DNA of 64,000 nucleotides. Source: Macrostomum lignano. Its lineage: Eukaryota. The notes below the pieces were generated by a model. The model had not been told where the DNA came from, did not search any database, and worked only from the letters and a program-made list of their open reading frames with translations. The stretch spans positions 1 through 64,000 of the forward strand of contig NIVC01003297.1 of assembly GCA_002269645.1 (NCBI GenBank), given 5' to 3'. How positions within the stretch are numbered: the stretch's first letter is position 1; each line of letters opens with the position of its first letter. Both the position numbers and the translations under genes were made by a program. Positions 1 to 15,500 of the stretch are shown here, one piece after another.

Positions 1-243
1 TCCGGGAATGGTATCAGTTACTCTCATAATGTTGAAACAGTAACAGGGTTCCTCCGGGAATGGTATCAGTTACTCTCATAATGTTTAAACAGTAACAGGT
101 TTCCTCGGGAATGGTATCAGTTACTCTCATAATGTTTGAACAGTAACATAATGGTTCAGTTCTGGGAATGAATCAGTTACTCTCAGAATGTTGAAACAGT
201 AACAGGGTTCCCTCGGAATGGTATCAGTTACTCTCAGAATGAC
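1..243. repeat. Tandem repeat, ~52-bp unit, about 5 copies, cut by the window edge
   Basis: GGAATGGTATCAGTTACTCTCA(T/G)AATGTT..AACAGTAACAGG recurs with ~52-bp spacing and no unique spacers. Confidence 0.9.
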
Positions 244-542
244 AAAGTAAATTACCCTCGGAATCCCCTCTCTGATTTTTCTTGATTCTTTTATAAATTA
301 ATGCATTAAAATAAACATTATTTCAGCCTCAGTTGGCGGAGGAAAATAAGATAGAGTATTGAATTATTTGGTATACTTAAATTAGAATCGATTAATTGGA
401 ATAAAAAAACAGTAAGGCAAGGGTCAAAAGTGAGTGAACTCAGCAACAGTCGAAAGTTCCACCTGAACAAATCACGCGTAGTTAGAGAGATAGAAAGAAA
501 AATAGACAGTGGAACTTTTGACTTGTTGGTATATACTTATAA

Positions 543-3217
<2,675 letters not shown>

Positions 3218-4000
3218 CTAGCTGGAATTACCTTCAATTACCTGGATTCAGAAGAAAAGGAGGGTTGGAGTTCGCGAATGAAGGAAGAGGCAAGATTGAA
3301 GAGCCAATCAGAAGAAGGCAATGAGGGAGAGGTAAAGAGAATAACAAGACTGAACTAGACGGAGAGGGAAGGTGAAAGTTGAACATGGACTCCTCAGAAT
3401 TAAACCTCAAGGATCGGGTTACACAGCGGATTTAGATCAAAATCTAAAAACAGCTTCGTCATAATAGTTTTCTACCCATGATACGGACAAAATTTAAATT
3501 TAAAGTTCATCAAACACCCTCCTGCAGCCTGATAAACAGTTCCATCTCAGAATCAGACAGATCGCTCTAAACACATGGAACAGATTCCCTAATAAAATTA
3601 GACAGACGTAAAACAAAGTGCCAAGGAATCCCATTTGCTCGCTGCGCACCCCAAGAAGCGTGACTCGAATTTCGCTTTTACAAGTTTAGTTAACCAAAAT
3701 CTGTCATTAGGCGAGAATTTAAAGCATTATTTAAAAAATGAGGGCTTCCACAGTCGGATTTGAGTCGGTATTACTAAATATGTTAGATTTTTTGCCAAAG
3801 ATTGGGAAATGGCCCCAAATCAAAACGTGGGAGCATTGCCCCCCATAACCGTTTATTGGTTACCAATTACCAATATCTGTGCAATAATTTTATGAAGGCA
3901 AAATCACTACGTGAAGGTGTGACAGCCACGTTTAAAACAATTCTTATACATGTCTTCCCGAACTTATTTTGCCTACAATTCTACCGCTTCAATTCTTCAG

Positions 4001-4492
4001 GAAGCCCTGCACCAGGAGCGAAGCTATTTGAGTAACCTGACCCGGTCAATGAGCCTAGTTCTGGACAGCTTCTATGCTGGACTGCGCTGTGCTGGCGTTA
4101 GCGCTGCCACTGGTGATGGTATGCCGCTTTTCCTTAGCCGGGTGCGAGATGCTGTAAGCGAGTATTACACCGACTATGTGCCTATGTATGAAAAGCTGCG
4201 CACGGATGCGGCAGCCACTGCCTCAAAGTCTTCAAGTGTCAGTCAAGCCAGCAACGCTACGACTACGAGTGATTTGACATCTGCGCAACAGAAGTCAGAC
4301 ATGTTTATTGGAGCTCGGCCGGCATCCTATTCTGAAGACAGCGATGACGATGGCAACAATGCAAGCGCCTCGTCCTGTGAAGGAACCAACGAGCAGAGTG
4401 AATTAGAGTCCTTTCGGCGCTATGTCGAGCGTTTGCGGCTTGACAAAGTCAATGAAGGATGCAGTGGCGATGGTGACGGGCCATCAGACTGA
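4001..4492 (+). CDS. GPN1: GPN-loop GTPase 1, terminal coding exon (upstream exons not found in window)
   Basis: EALHQERSYLSNLTRSMSLVLDSFY..GVSAATGDG..EYYTDYVPMYEKL matches the GPN1/XAB1 C-terminal half. Acceptor ttcttcAG at 3999-4000, acidic tail, TGA at 4490-4492. Confidence 0.85.
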   Translation, partial: EALHQERSYLSNLTRSMSLVLDSFYAGLRCAGVSAATGDGMPLFLSRVRDAVSEYYTDYVPMYEKLRTDAAATASKSSSVSQASNATTTSDLTSAQQKSDMFIGARPASYSEDSDDDGNNASASSCEGTNEQSELESFRRYVERLRLDKVNEGCSGDGDGPSD

Positions 4493-4912
4493 GGCTTTCT
4501 GTATAAAACAAGCCGTATTTCGCAAAAAATTATATGCAAGTTGCCTAATAGTTATCCATGCTACAATTTGATTCAATTGTATTCCTAACGTCATTTCATT
4601 CAGTAATTTCAATTTTAATGTCCTCCATAAAAATGTTTAGTAACACGGGCATTTATTTTATGGATCTAATAACAATTCTCAATCTAGCAACTGTTATTAC
4701 ATGCTAAATTTGATAATCTTTCACGACTAGGAAGATTCGCATTCGTACTACTTGTATACGAGCATATTCAGCGTAAATTGTATACATATGTTCTTTCTTA
4801 AGATAATGACTCAATTAGAAAACAAAAAGAACAATAAGATCGAAATAAACGCTGCTTTAATTATTTATACTTAAAGTATAAAGTAGGCACCGACAAACCC
4901 CAAGCTTCATAT

Positions 4913-5199
4913 CAAGGACTACTAAAGTAGGACGCAACACTCAAAATCTATGGAAAATGTCTTGAAGGCAACTTTTCGCCGAAAAATACACTACGGAGAT
5001 AGGAAGTTATCGATTTTTCAGCACAGAATTTTTTTTTGCTTTCGATAGGAGGCAGACCCAATGTTCATCTTTTGATGTTGTGCCTTTCTTATAGCTCGTT
5101 TGATATTCATAAAGCTTCTCGTTCAGAAAATTATGATGTTACTTTTTCCATGAAACGTGAGTGTCGCGTCCTGCATATTCGTTGCTTTAGTTGTCCTTG
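4913..5199. mobile_element. Internally deleted copy of the long-TIR element at 34655-35653
   Basis: 4913-5100 matches one arm of that element. 5143-5199 is the inverted outer tip (AGGACGCAACACTC..ATGGAAA vs TTTCCATG..GAGTGTCGCGTCCT). Confidence 0.6.
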
Positions 5200-5594
5200 C
5201 TTCAAATTCGTTTCCAATTATATAGTGTAGTTGTAAAGTGACGTAAAGTAAGGAACAACAATGGAATTCCACTTGGCCTAAGCAACAGAAAAAGCAATAC
5301 ACTTCCATAGTACATCCATAGAGGGATTCAAATATACGCTTTCAAAAAATTCGAAATTCAATGACTTAATGGCGAAATTGACAATTGTATATAAATTTAG
5401 AAACCTTATTAAAAATAAAGATTTTATTGGAAGATGAAATGAAAAATAATTTCAGCAAAACCAAATGTATAATTTAGGGATTTTAAACAGCACATTAGAA
5501 AAATTGGAATATGTGACGAGTACAATAGACAACAGGTGAATGAAAGTCACAAACAGCATCTAATCATAATTTATCCAACCTGCTGCATTTGCAG

Positions 5595-5890
5595 GCAGAG
5601 GCAGTTAGTGAAGCAGTGGAAGGAGCAGCTGCAGTAGCCAGTGCGGCCATCGGCGGTGCAGGCGCTGAGGCGGAGTCCGATGCTGGTGCCGTCAGTCTGA
5701 CTTTTTGTCGGGAATCCAATCTGATGGAACCAGAAGCCGAGCAGGATTTTTTATTGTGCAGCGCTCCCTTTCGATCTGTGCAAAGTCACACGCAGAAGGC
5801 ATTCTGTAACATAAATCAAATGCGTTTAGAAGGTCAACTGCTGTGCGATGTTGTGCTGGAGGCAGGCACAGAAGAAATTCCTGCACATAG
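5595..5890 (+). CDS. KLHL2: Kelch-like protein (KLHL2/KLHL3/kelch orthologue), first visible exon, BTB start. First in-frame ATG at 5724
   Basis: KAFCNINQMRLEGQLLCDVVLEAGTEEIPAHR is the BTB N-terminus. Acceptor tttgcAG at 5594, donor AG|GTAAGC at 5891. Confidence 0.85.
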
Positions 5891-6049
5891 GTAAGCAAGT
5901 GTACACTACAATTTTTTCTTTCAATGTCAGGTCGTCTTTTAGTCTCGCACATCCTATAAAAATTTGATAAGCATAGTCAAACGTTGCCGGATCGATTGCG
6001 CTGTAAGTATGCAGATTGTACATTTATATAACCCCAATTGCTTCCGCAG

Positions 6050-6488
6050 GGTGATACTGGCCTCTTGCTCGCCATACTTTCGCGCCATGTTCACCAGTGA
6101 GCTCAGTGAATCACGCCAGTCTCGGGTGCGCATGCACCAAATCGATAGCCGAGTTTTATCCGCACTTGTTGACTTTATTTATACCACTGAGATACACGTT
6201 ACCGAGGACAATGTCCAGGCGTTGCTCCCAGCAGCAAATTTGTTACAACTGGCTGAAGTTCGAGAAGCGTGTTGTGATTTTCTACAGGGCCAGCTACACC
6301 CATCCAACTGCCTAGGCATTCTGCGCTTTGCCGATATGCACTCTTGCACAGAGCTGTACAATGCGGCTAGACAATATGCTGAGGAGTACTTTAGCAAGGT
6401 TATGCAACATGTAGAAGAGTTCCTTCAGCTTTCGTATGACCAGGTGCGACAGCTGGTCTGTTCTGACCGGCTCACATGTTCTGCCGAG
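6050..6488 (+). CDS. KLHL2: Kelch-like protein exon, BTB/BACK
   Basis: VILASCSPYFRAMFT..AANLLQL..CCDFLQGQLHPSNCLGI..ADMHSC. Phase-compatible splice sites (ccgcAG|G; GAG|GT). Confidence 0.92.
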
Positions 6489-7823
6489 GTTTGTATAGGC
6501 AAGATTCATCTGTACCATTTCGAACTTGAACGTACTGCGGAAAATGTCAGTTTTCCGAATGCGAGCGTACAGTGTCTTAAAAATGCTGTTAGGCTGTTGT
6601 TTAAAAATGATTGGAAATAGCCAATTGCGGGTACATAATTTTTTCTAATATGATTTGAAGGTAGTTGGAAATTAGCTCAAATATTTCCTTGTAATACTAA
6701 CTAAGCTGATCGCTTCACACTAGCTCATTGACTTTCTTTCTTCTCTGGTAGCCTATCTTTTTTGCTTAACGTATTTTTCACTTTGGTCCAAAAACGTAAA
6801 AAGTTACAGAAATTTCAGACAGCTTAATATTTTGATAGAAGTACGGCTCGTACATTGTAACACGATTTAAATGTGTAAAAGCGTGCATTAAACGCTAAAA
6901 GCGTGCTTAAATAGCTCGTGATCGCGTATTGGCTTGAGTCATTTAATGCACGATAAATATATATATATCGTGATTACAATACTACTCAATACTTGGTTTT
7001 TCTGACCTTAATTTCTATGGCAATCGTGACTAAGACATTTAAGCACTAAAAACCAAGTACTGAATCCTATATTCAGAAATCAAACAAAATTGTATTCGAC
7101 AACACTCACCTAGTGTTTTAGTATCTGTGGGCAAAAGTGACTTCAATTTTGCTTTGACGATGGCGCCGCTAGTTTCCGTACTGTCTGCACTGTGCCAGCT
7201 GTGACGTCGTAATAGAGCCTACAGCAGATTCTCAGCCTCCTGAAGCTGCAGGAAGTTTCATTCTGCATTGCCGCAGAAAAAGAGATTGCGAACGCAGTCC
7301 TTGGGCTTCAACGCTGCCCACCCATGTCTGGTGCGAAACCTCCCGTAGTGAATTCCCAAACGCCACTCGGGTGAACATTCAGAAATCTATCGGTGACATC
7401 AGATTGCAGGCATTGCAATACAAACAAGCAGTTAAGGAACTCGGGTGTTGCAAGGCGTCTGCTGCAGCCTTTTTATGCGAGAGCCTCCCTGGACCTTTCG
7501 GACAGCTCAGTGGGTTTGCACCTGTTGGTTTTGTCACAAGCAGTCTTTTTAATAAAGAACTGGGTTCAAAGAACTCCATAGTTGCGAGACGAATTCTGAT
7601 GCTTGGGTGAAATACCTTGGAGTTTAAAGGCTCGTGTGGCGAGCCGCCAGTTCTTACAGGAATTCAGTGTGCGCGTCTGTTGAATGGAGTGGACGTCTTG
7701 AAAATTATGCTGATGACAGGAGCATTCTGTGTTGTGCCAGTAGTCCTCCGCTGCTTTAGAAAGGTGAAGAGATCTTGCTTTGGCATGGAGACAACTTTGA
7801 GAGCACGATCAGGGCTTTTGAAG

Positions 7824-8111
7824 TTTACTCAGCAACATTGAAAAGTCGCCACCCTTTGCCCAGTGAGCATGCAGTGTCTTTCGACCAGCGTATCACCTGG
7901 CCAACCACTGATATTAAAAAATGCTCTAAAAACTATGAAAACCGGGCGGAAGCTTCAATCCATCCAATCTTCGCTTTCCGCTCTTCCCAATCCCTCCTCA
8001 CCCAGCCCAACTCTGCGTCACGTGGCGCAAGTTGCGTCACTCAAAAGTCAATACTGAGCTAGAATTGACTGCATTCTCAAATGTGGCGACTTTTTAATGT
8101 TGTTGAGTAAA
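7824..8111. mobile_element. MITE-like element in kelch intron 2 with 29-bp TIRs
   Basis: TTTACTCAGCAACATTGAAAAGTCGCCAC (7824-7852) is inverted to 8083-8111 with 2 mismatches. TSD not resolved. Confidence 0.65.
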
Positions 8112-8631
8112 GCTTATCTAGACCTCGGAATCCGATTCCCTCCTTAGGTTTATACAGTTGTAAGACTACGTTATAGTTTCTTTGTCTTCAAAGGACAATG
8201 GGCGAGCCGATGAAAGGGCTTGGTAGATGTTTGAATCGGTGCATTATTGACTTCAGTCGCATGTGAAGCAACAGATTCCATGTTGGCTTTGTTTTTCTAT
8301 TGCTGTTCGATTGCGTTAGTGCGTTCTCACCTACTGATTGCATTTAAAGCGAGACACTAAACGGCTGAAGTTCTGTAGTTAATTTGATCTAAAATAATTT
8401 GTTCCACGTTTTCATAATCGTAGCTCGTATGACATCATACTTCATCTGGTGAGTTGCTGTGAGTTGCTAATATAATGTCTTAATCATTTGTTGAGACATT
8501 GCATTACATTTTCACTTGTATGTCTGTACTGGATCCTTTTTGGGTTACTTTTAAAAAAAGAAATTTTTTTAAATGTCGAACATTGAGAAGTTTTATTTTT
8601 AATCACTGCATCTCATTTTTATCAAACACAG

Positions 8632-9765
8632 GTCGAAGTGATTGAAGCCGTGTTCAGGTGGATCAAGCACGACCTCTCAGGCAGGCAACACCACGCTGAC
8701 TCGCTTCTATCCCATGTGCGGTTCGCTCATCTTCCACAGGAATACCTATTACACATAGTCGAGGAGGAAGCACTGCTAAAAGAAAGCCTGCGGTGCAAGG
8801 ATTTTCTGATAGAGGCGCTGCGCTATCACCTACTTAAGCCCGACCAGAAGGCTAAGTATCGTAGCGAACGAACCCGGCCACGCAACCCTGTTGGCCTACC
8901 CAAGATCCTGATTGTAATAGGTGGCCAGGCACCGAAGGCAATTCGTACGGTAGAGTGCTTCAGCTTTAAGGAGGAGCGCTGGTATCCGGTCTCCGAGATG
9001 CCTTTCCGTCGTTGCCGCTGTGGCGTAGCGTTAGTTGGCGGTCTAGTCTATGCCGTCGGTGGCTTCAACGGTTCTCTGCGTGTGCGCACCTGTGAAGTTT
9101 ATGATCCAGTCCGGGATGAATGGGCCACTGTGGCTAACATGGAAGCTCGCCGGTCCACTCTCGGCGTAGCATCGCTTGATGGTCTTGTGTATGCCGTCGG
9201 CGGCTTTGATGGCTCAAGTGGCCTTAACACGGCTGAAGTCTACAACCCAGCCGGTAATAAATGGAGCCTCATCGCTCCCATGTCCACACGGCGCAGCTCA
9301 GTCGGTGTAGGTATCCTTGCCGGCTGTCTCTACGCTGTCGGAGGCTACGATGGACAGAGTCGACAGTGTCTAGCCAGTGTAGAGCGCTATGATCCGGCTC
9401 AAGACGCCTGGCACCCAGTGGCTGACATGACCTGCCGCCGCAGCGGCGCTGGCGTCGGCACCCTGGATGGCCAACTTTACGCAGTCGGCGGACACGACGG
9501 GCCACTTGTTAGGAACAGTGTTGAGCGGCTAAATCCATGCTCCGGCTCTTGGTCTGTTGTGGCTAATATGCATCTTTGTCGGCGTAATGCTGGTGTTGTC
9601 GCCTACAATGGTTTTTTATTTGTGGTTGGTGGTGATGACGGCTCCTCAAATCTGGGATCTGTGGAGCGGTACGATCCTCGAACAGACTCTTGGGTGCTTC
9701 TGCCCAATAGCATGATGACGGGCCGCAGTTATGCCGGTGTGGCAGTTATTGATAGTCCACTTTAA
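8632..9765 (+). CDS. KLHL2: Kelch-like protein terminal exon, BACK end plus six kelch repeats
   Basis: GGQAPKAIR, GGFNGSLRVRT, GGYDGQSRQCL, GGHDGPLVR, GGDDGSSNL and terminal IDSPL follow the KLHL2/3 sequence pattern. Confidence 0.95.
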   Translation, partial: VEVIEAVFRWIKHDLSGRQHHADSLLSHVRFAHLPQEYLLHIVEEEALLKESLRCKDFLIEALRYHLLKPDQKAKYRSERTRPRNPVGLPKILIVIGGQAPKAIRTVECFSFKEERWYPVSEMPFRRCRCGVALVGGLVYAVGGFNGSLRVRTCEVYDPVRDEWATVANMEARRSTLGVASLDGLVYAVGGFDGSSGLNTAEVYNPAGNKWSLIAPMSTRRSSVGVGILAGCLYAVGGYDGQSRQCLASVERYDPAQDAWHPVADMTCRRSGAGVGTLDGQLYAVGGHDGPLVRNSVERLNPCSGSWSVVANMHLCRRNAGVVAYNGFLFVVGGDDGSSNLGSVERYDPRTDSWVLLPNSMMTGRSYAGVAVIDSPL

Positions 9766-10451
9766 CATTTGGTCTCGTTTTTTAATAAATACATATAAGA
9801 CCGAGAAGTCTGAGTTACTGCTATAGACTTTTGTAAATAGGTTATTTCTGCGTGGTAGTTTGATATTTGACTCATTTACATCATGATCTATCAGTTGGCG
9901 ATATTTTTCTCTTATCGCTTAAAACTCCGTTGTTAAGTCTTGTGTTTAGTATATTTCTGTGCCCAGGTGTCAAGTGGCAACTAATTCGTATTACTTGCTT
10001 TAAAAAATAGTTTAGGCCACTGTTAGCTAGCTCGTAAATGCAGTGAATTACTAGCTGTAGCCGATTGATTCGGTTCAGCAATAGTGTTTCTGTTGTGTTC
10101 GTTTTGTTTTATACTTGAAGATAGGGGCGTAGGCGTATGTAATAAGTAGCAGTAGTCGACTGAAAAATACGAGTAGTATATAAATGCAAAAGATGAGCTC
10201 ATTTTTGATGCAAAAAAACGTTTTGTTTGTTTGGTTTAAAACTTTGCATAGAGATATGTTAATAAATTGCTTCTAAAGATAGCTCGTAGCTTCACCTCGG
10301 GATATTCTCTATGGTTATATTCTCGTTTCAGTGTTTTAGCTCGTAATCTTCTTACATAGTTTGTTGTTTTTCCAAAATTTTATATCAAAACATTTCGCAT
10401 GTATGCCGTGTGGCTTGTATTTTTGTGCTAATATACTATAGTATAGTTATA

Positions 10452-11294
10452 GCTTTTGTCGCGCTATGTGAACACTGGGCCTGCAAAACGGAATTCTATG
10501 GCCAAGCGTTTAAACGAGACATAGACAACTCGATTTGTCATGCTAGCTATATGGAGCGATAAGCCGGAATAGAAGGAACGGTTAGAATTCTTAAAGAAAG
10601 AATAAAAACTGTCAATAATAATGAATATTTTTTCACAAATTGATAGCATCAAAATGTACTTAGCTCTTAAACAGGTCAACTCTTAAACAGATGTCGCCGC
10701 AAACACTATTAAAGCAATATGTTGCAGCGCAGCTCCCAACCAGTGCATTTGTCAACAGTGATTGCTTGGCCAACGGTTTCTGCCGCCTCTCGCTCGAGTA
10801 ACAAGAATCCACTGCTCAAGTGTCACTCCTTCAGGATTTGTGTTGAAATTCTGTTTCGGGAAAATGTGGGCCATCCATAAAAATTACCCAGTTTTCGTTA
10901 GGCCCCAGTTGATGGCAGCGGTCTGCTAAGTGGCAGCTTCCAAACTGCCGGCTTGATTGAATGTTGACCGAATGCGCTGAACAGAAGAATCGGATACTCT
11001 TAACACCCTTCATCGGCAGTCCACAGTGCAAGGCGGCGACGATACGCTGTGGATCACGTTCAGAAATTTGCGGACCCTTATAGTTTAACTCGATTAACCG
11101 ATAGAAAATGAAAACGTATTGTTGTCTCTGTGAAAAACTCAAACCGGTCCTTCTATTCTGGCTCGTTCCATATAGCATGACAAATCGAGTTGTCTTATGG
11201 CTTGCTTTCTTTAGTTAGTTCAAACGCTTGGCCATAGAATTCTATAGGCCGTTCCGTTTTGCATGCCCACTGTTCCACATAGCACGACGAAGGC
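10452..11294. mobile_element. MITE-like element with ~120-bp imperfect TIRs
   Basis: 10452-10577 is inverted to ~11150-11294 (GCAAAACGGAA, GAATTCTATGGCCAAGCGTTT, GACAACTCGATTTGTCATGCTA, GAATAGAAGG). Confidence 0.7.
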
Positions 11295-12446
11295 AACACT
11301 ATTATTGTGCAGAATTTTATCCGCACACTAGAAATGCTGACTGATTAGTCAAGAGTCGATAAAAATTTATCACATGCCCTTGCATCCAAACGTAATTGAT
11401 TGTTAAGTCATGTTTAATCTGTTCAAATAGATTCGTATGGCGGTATGAAACTTTAATGTTTCTAATAAAGAAAATTAACAAATGATAAATATTTGAACTC
11501 CTACATGTACCAGTATCACTTTTAAAAAGCCTATATCGGTTTCTTAAACGATCTGTAATCAGGTTTATGCAAATAGACATATAAGATAGGCACTAGACAA
11601 ATTTATTAGTTGAATCGATGGTTGAGGTTTTAAAGCTAGTACTATCTGCTGGGATCGGCGGTCCTACCGTTATTTCAGCAGGCTAAGGTGGTGTGAGATG
11701 ATTTGAGGCGCAAGTGGTGAGTGAGTGCGTGGAGTGAGTGAGTGGAAGATAGATACTCGATCGATTACTTTAAGCGTTTAGCTCTCGGTGAAAAAAATTA
11801 ACTAGACTTGCAGGCGTGGCCTGGGCCTGGGGTATAGATCTACGGACGTGCCTTTTCTCAGGCCACTCCGATCGGTTCGCAATTCTAGGCAAAGTAGAAT
11901 CGCGGGGTGCAGGCGGCGTCAACCCCTCCCTTGGGCAAAGCCAATTATTAAATGACTTTATGCACTTTACTTCCTATATACTAAAAATGAGTTGTCTGTA
12001 TGTGGGTAGGTATGCGATAGATTTCAGAAAAAATGGCTCAACCGATTTTCTTCAAACTTGCACCATTCGATCAGAAATTTTCCTGGGACGGTACATGCAT
12101 CTTGGCTAAGAAATTGCTCAATATTAAAGGGATTAAATATTCGAAAAACATGCTTTTTTGCAAAGGTCAAGCAGCTCTTTCGACCTGAAATGCATTGTAA
12201 GAATGCTAGAGAAAAAACTGACTGACTGAATTCCAATTGTGATAAAGATTACATCACAACCAGTTGAAAACAGTGCCGAACAAATGCACACAAAACTTGA
12301 TTTAAATTGCGTAACAATATTGCTAACTTGAATTGACACTGATACTGGCTGACTGAGAAATTGATTATGTCATAACTTTTTACTCTAACCGATTTGCTAT
12401 AAGAATTTAATTATAAGGGCCACAATTCATGATCTCCAATTGAAAA

Positions 12447-12513
12447 GAGATAGCATAGATGCGAACAGACTGGACTGCTAATGCAGCGATCTGGGTTCGA
12501 ATCTTAGTAGTGC
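12447..12513 (+). other. Degenerate tRNA-like / Pol III promoter cassette inside Helitron A1
   Basis: A-box-like TAGCATAGATG, anticodon-arm-like CTGGA-CTGCTAA-TGCAG, B-box GGGTTCGAATC, T7 run downstream. Confidence 0.45.
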
Positions 12514-12564
12514 AAAAAGATTTTTTTATTCAAAAACCTTAAAAACACAAAATGCTAAACACAA

Positions 12565-15500
12565 AAAGCACAATGTCAAACATTAAAGAGCCACCATGTC
12601 AAACATTAAAGAGCCACCATGTCAAACATTAAAGAGCCACCATGTCGACCATTAAAGAGCCACCATGTCGACCATTAAAGAGACACCATGTCGAACATTA
12701 AAGAGCTACCATGTCGAACATTAAAGAGCCACCATGTCGACCATTAAAGATCCACCATGTCGAACATTAAAGAGCCACCATGTCCAACATATACATGACT
12801 CCATGTTGAACATTCAAGAGCTACCATGTGAAACATATACATGACGCCATGTCGAACATAAAAGAGCCACCATGTCGAACATTAAAAAGCCACCATGTCA
12901 AACATTTAAGAGCCACCATTTCAAACCTAAAAGAGCCACCATGTCGAACATTAAAGAGCCACAATGTCAAACATTAAAGAGCAACCAGGTCAAACATATA
13001 CATGACTCCATGTCGAACATTGAAGAGCCACCATGTCGAACATTAAAGGGCCACCATGTCAAATATTAAAGGGCCACCATGTCAAATATTAAAGAGCCAC
13101 CATGTCAAACATTAAAGAGCCACCAGGTCAAACATGAAAGTGCCACCATGTCTAACATTAAAGAGCCACCATGGCAAACATATACATGACTCTATGTCGA
13201 ACATTCAAGAGCTACCATGTCAAACATATACATGACTCCATGTCAAACATTAAAGAGACACTATATGTAAAACATTAAAGAGCCACCAGGTCAAACATGA
13301 AAGTGCCACCATGTAACACATTAAAGAGCCACCATGTCGAACATTTAAGAACCACCAAGTCAAACATAAAATAGCCACCATGTGAAACATATACGTGACT
13401 CCATGTAAAACATTAAAGAGCTACCATATCAGACATATACATGACTCCATGTCAAACATATACATGACTCCATGTTAGACATTAAAGAGCCACCATGTCG
13501 AACATTAAAGAGCCAACATGTTAAAAATACAAGAGCCACCATGTCAAACATATACATGACTCCATGTCAAACATTGAAGAGACACCATGTCGAACATAAA
13601 AGAGCCACCATGCAAAACATAAAAGAGCCACCATGTCTAACATTAAAGAGCCACCATGGCAAACATATACATGACTCTATGTCGAACACTCAAGAGCTAC
13701 CATGTCAAACATATACATGACTCCATGTCAAACATTAAAGAGCCACCATGTCGAACATTTAAGAGCCACCATGTCAAACATATACATGACTCCATGTTGA
13801 ACATTCAAGAGCTACCATGTCAAGCATATACATGACTCCATGTTGAACATTCAAGAGCTACCATGTCAAACATATACATGACGCCATGTCGAACATAAAA
13901 GAGCCACCATGTAAAACATATACGTAACTCCATGTCAAACATTGAAGCGACACCATGTCGAACATTAAAGGGCCACCATGTCGAACATTAAAGAGCGACC
14001 ATGTCGAACATTAAAGAGCCACCAGGTCAAACATGAAAGTGCCACCATGTAAAACATTAAAGAGCCACCATGTCAAACATTAAAGAGCCACCAGGTCAAA
14101 CATATACATGACTCCATGTCAAACATTGAAGAGCCACCATGTCGAACATAAAAGGGCCACCATGTCAAATATTAAAGAGCCACCATGTCAAACATTAAAG
14201 AGCCACCAGGTCAAACATGAAAGTGCCACCATGTAAAACATTAAAGAGCCACCATGTCGAACATTTAAGAACCACCATGTCAAACATAAAATAGCCAACA
14301 TGTGAAACATATACGTGACTCCATGTAAAACATTAAAGAGCTACCATATCAGGCATATGCATGACTCCATGTCAAACATATACGTGACTCCATGTTAGGC
14401 AATTAAGAGCCACCATTTCGAACATTAAAGAGTCAACATGTTAAAAATACAAGAGCATCCATGTAAAACATATACATGACGCCATGTCAAACATTGAAGA
14501 GACACCATGTCGAACATAAAAGAGCCACCATGCAAAACATAAAAGAGCCACCATGTCTAACATTAAAGAGCCACCATGGCAAACATATACATGACTCCAT
14601 GTCAAACATTAAAGAGACACTATGTCAAACATTAAAGAGCCACCATGTCGAACATTTAAGAGCCACCATGTAAAACATATACATGACTCCATGTTGAACA
14701 TTCAAGAGCTACCATGTCAAACATATACATGACGCCATGTCGATCATTAAAGAGCCACCATGTCAAACATTGAAGAGCCACCATATCAAACATTATAGAG
14801 CCACTATGTCGAACATTTAAGAGCCACCATGTCAAACATATACATGACTCCATGTTGAACATTAAAGAGCCACCATGTCGAACATTTAAGAGCTACCATG
14901 TGAAACATATACATGACTCCATGTCGAACATTACAGAGCCACCATGTCAAAGATAAAAGAGCCACCATGTCAAACATAAAAGAGCCACCATGTCAAATAT
15001 TAAAGAGCCTCCAGGTCAAACATGAAAGTGCCACCATGTAAAACATTAAAGAGCCACCATGTCAAACATATACGTAACTCCATGTCAAACATTGAAGAGA
15101 CCCCATGTCAAACATTAAAGAGCCACCATGTCGAACATAAAATAGCCACCATGTAAAACATATACGTAACTCCATGTCAAACATTGAAGCGACACCATTT
15201 CGAACATAAAAGAGCCACCATGTCGAACATAAAAGAGCTACCATGTCAAACATTAAAGAGCCACCATGTCAAACATATAAGTGACTTTATGTCGAACATT
15301 AAAGAGCCACCATGTCTAACATTAAAAAGCCACCATGTCCAACATTAAAGAGCCACCATGTCAAAAAGTAAAGAGCCACCATGTCTAACATTTAAGAGCC
15401 ATCATGTCAAACATTAAAGAGCTACTTTGTCTAACATTAAAGAGCCACCATGTCAAACATTAAAGAGCCACCATGTCAAACATTAAAGAGCCACCATGTC

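Noticed and set aside
1-243. Possible CRISPR array
   Set aside because: Units repeat along their whole length with no unique spacers; eukaryotic context, no cas genes
9269-9505. Antisense or alternate-frame ORFs over kelch, RepHel, COG8 and YR exons (e.g. 21834-22202, 37426-37635, 62721-63185)
   Set aside because: Shadow ORFs of GC-rich coding exons with no recognisable motifs
12447-12513. Functional tRNA-Ser gene
   Set aside because: Acceptor stem and D-arm do not pair, and the anticodon arm is altered in the other two copies; kept only as a tRNA-like relic
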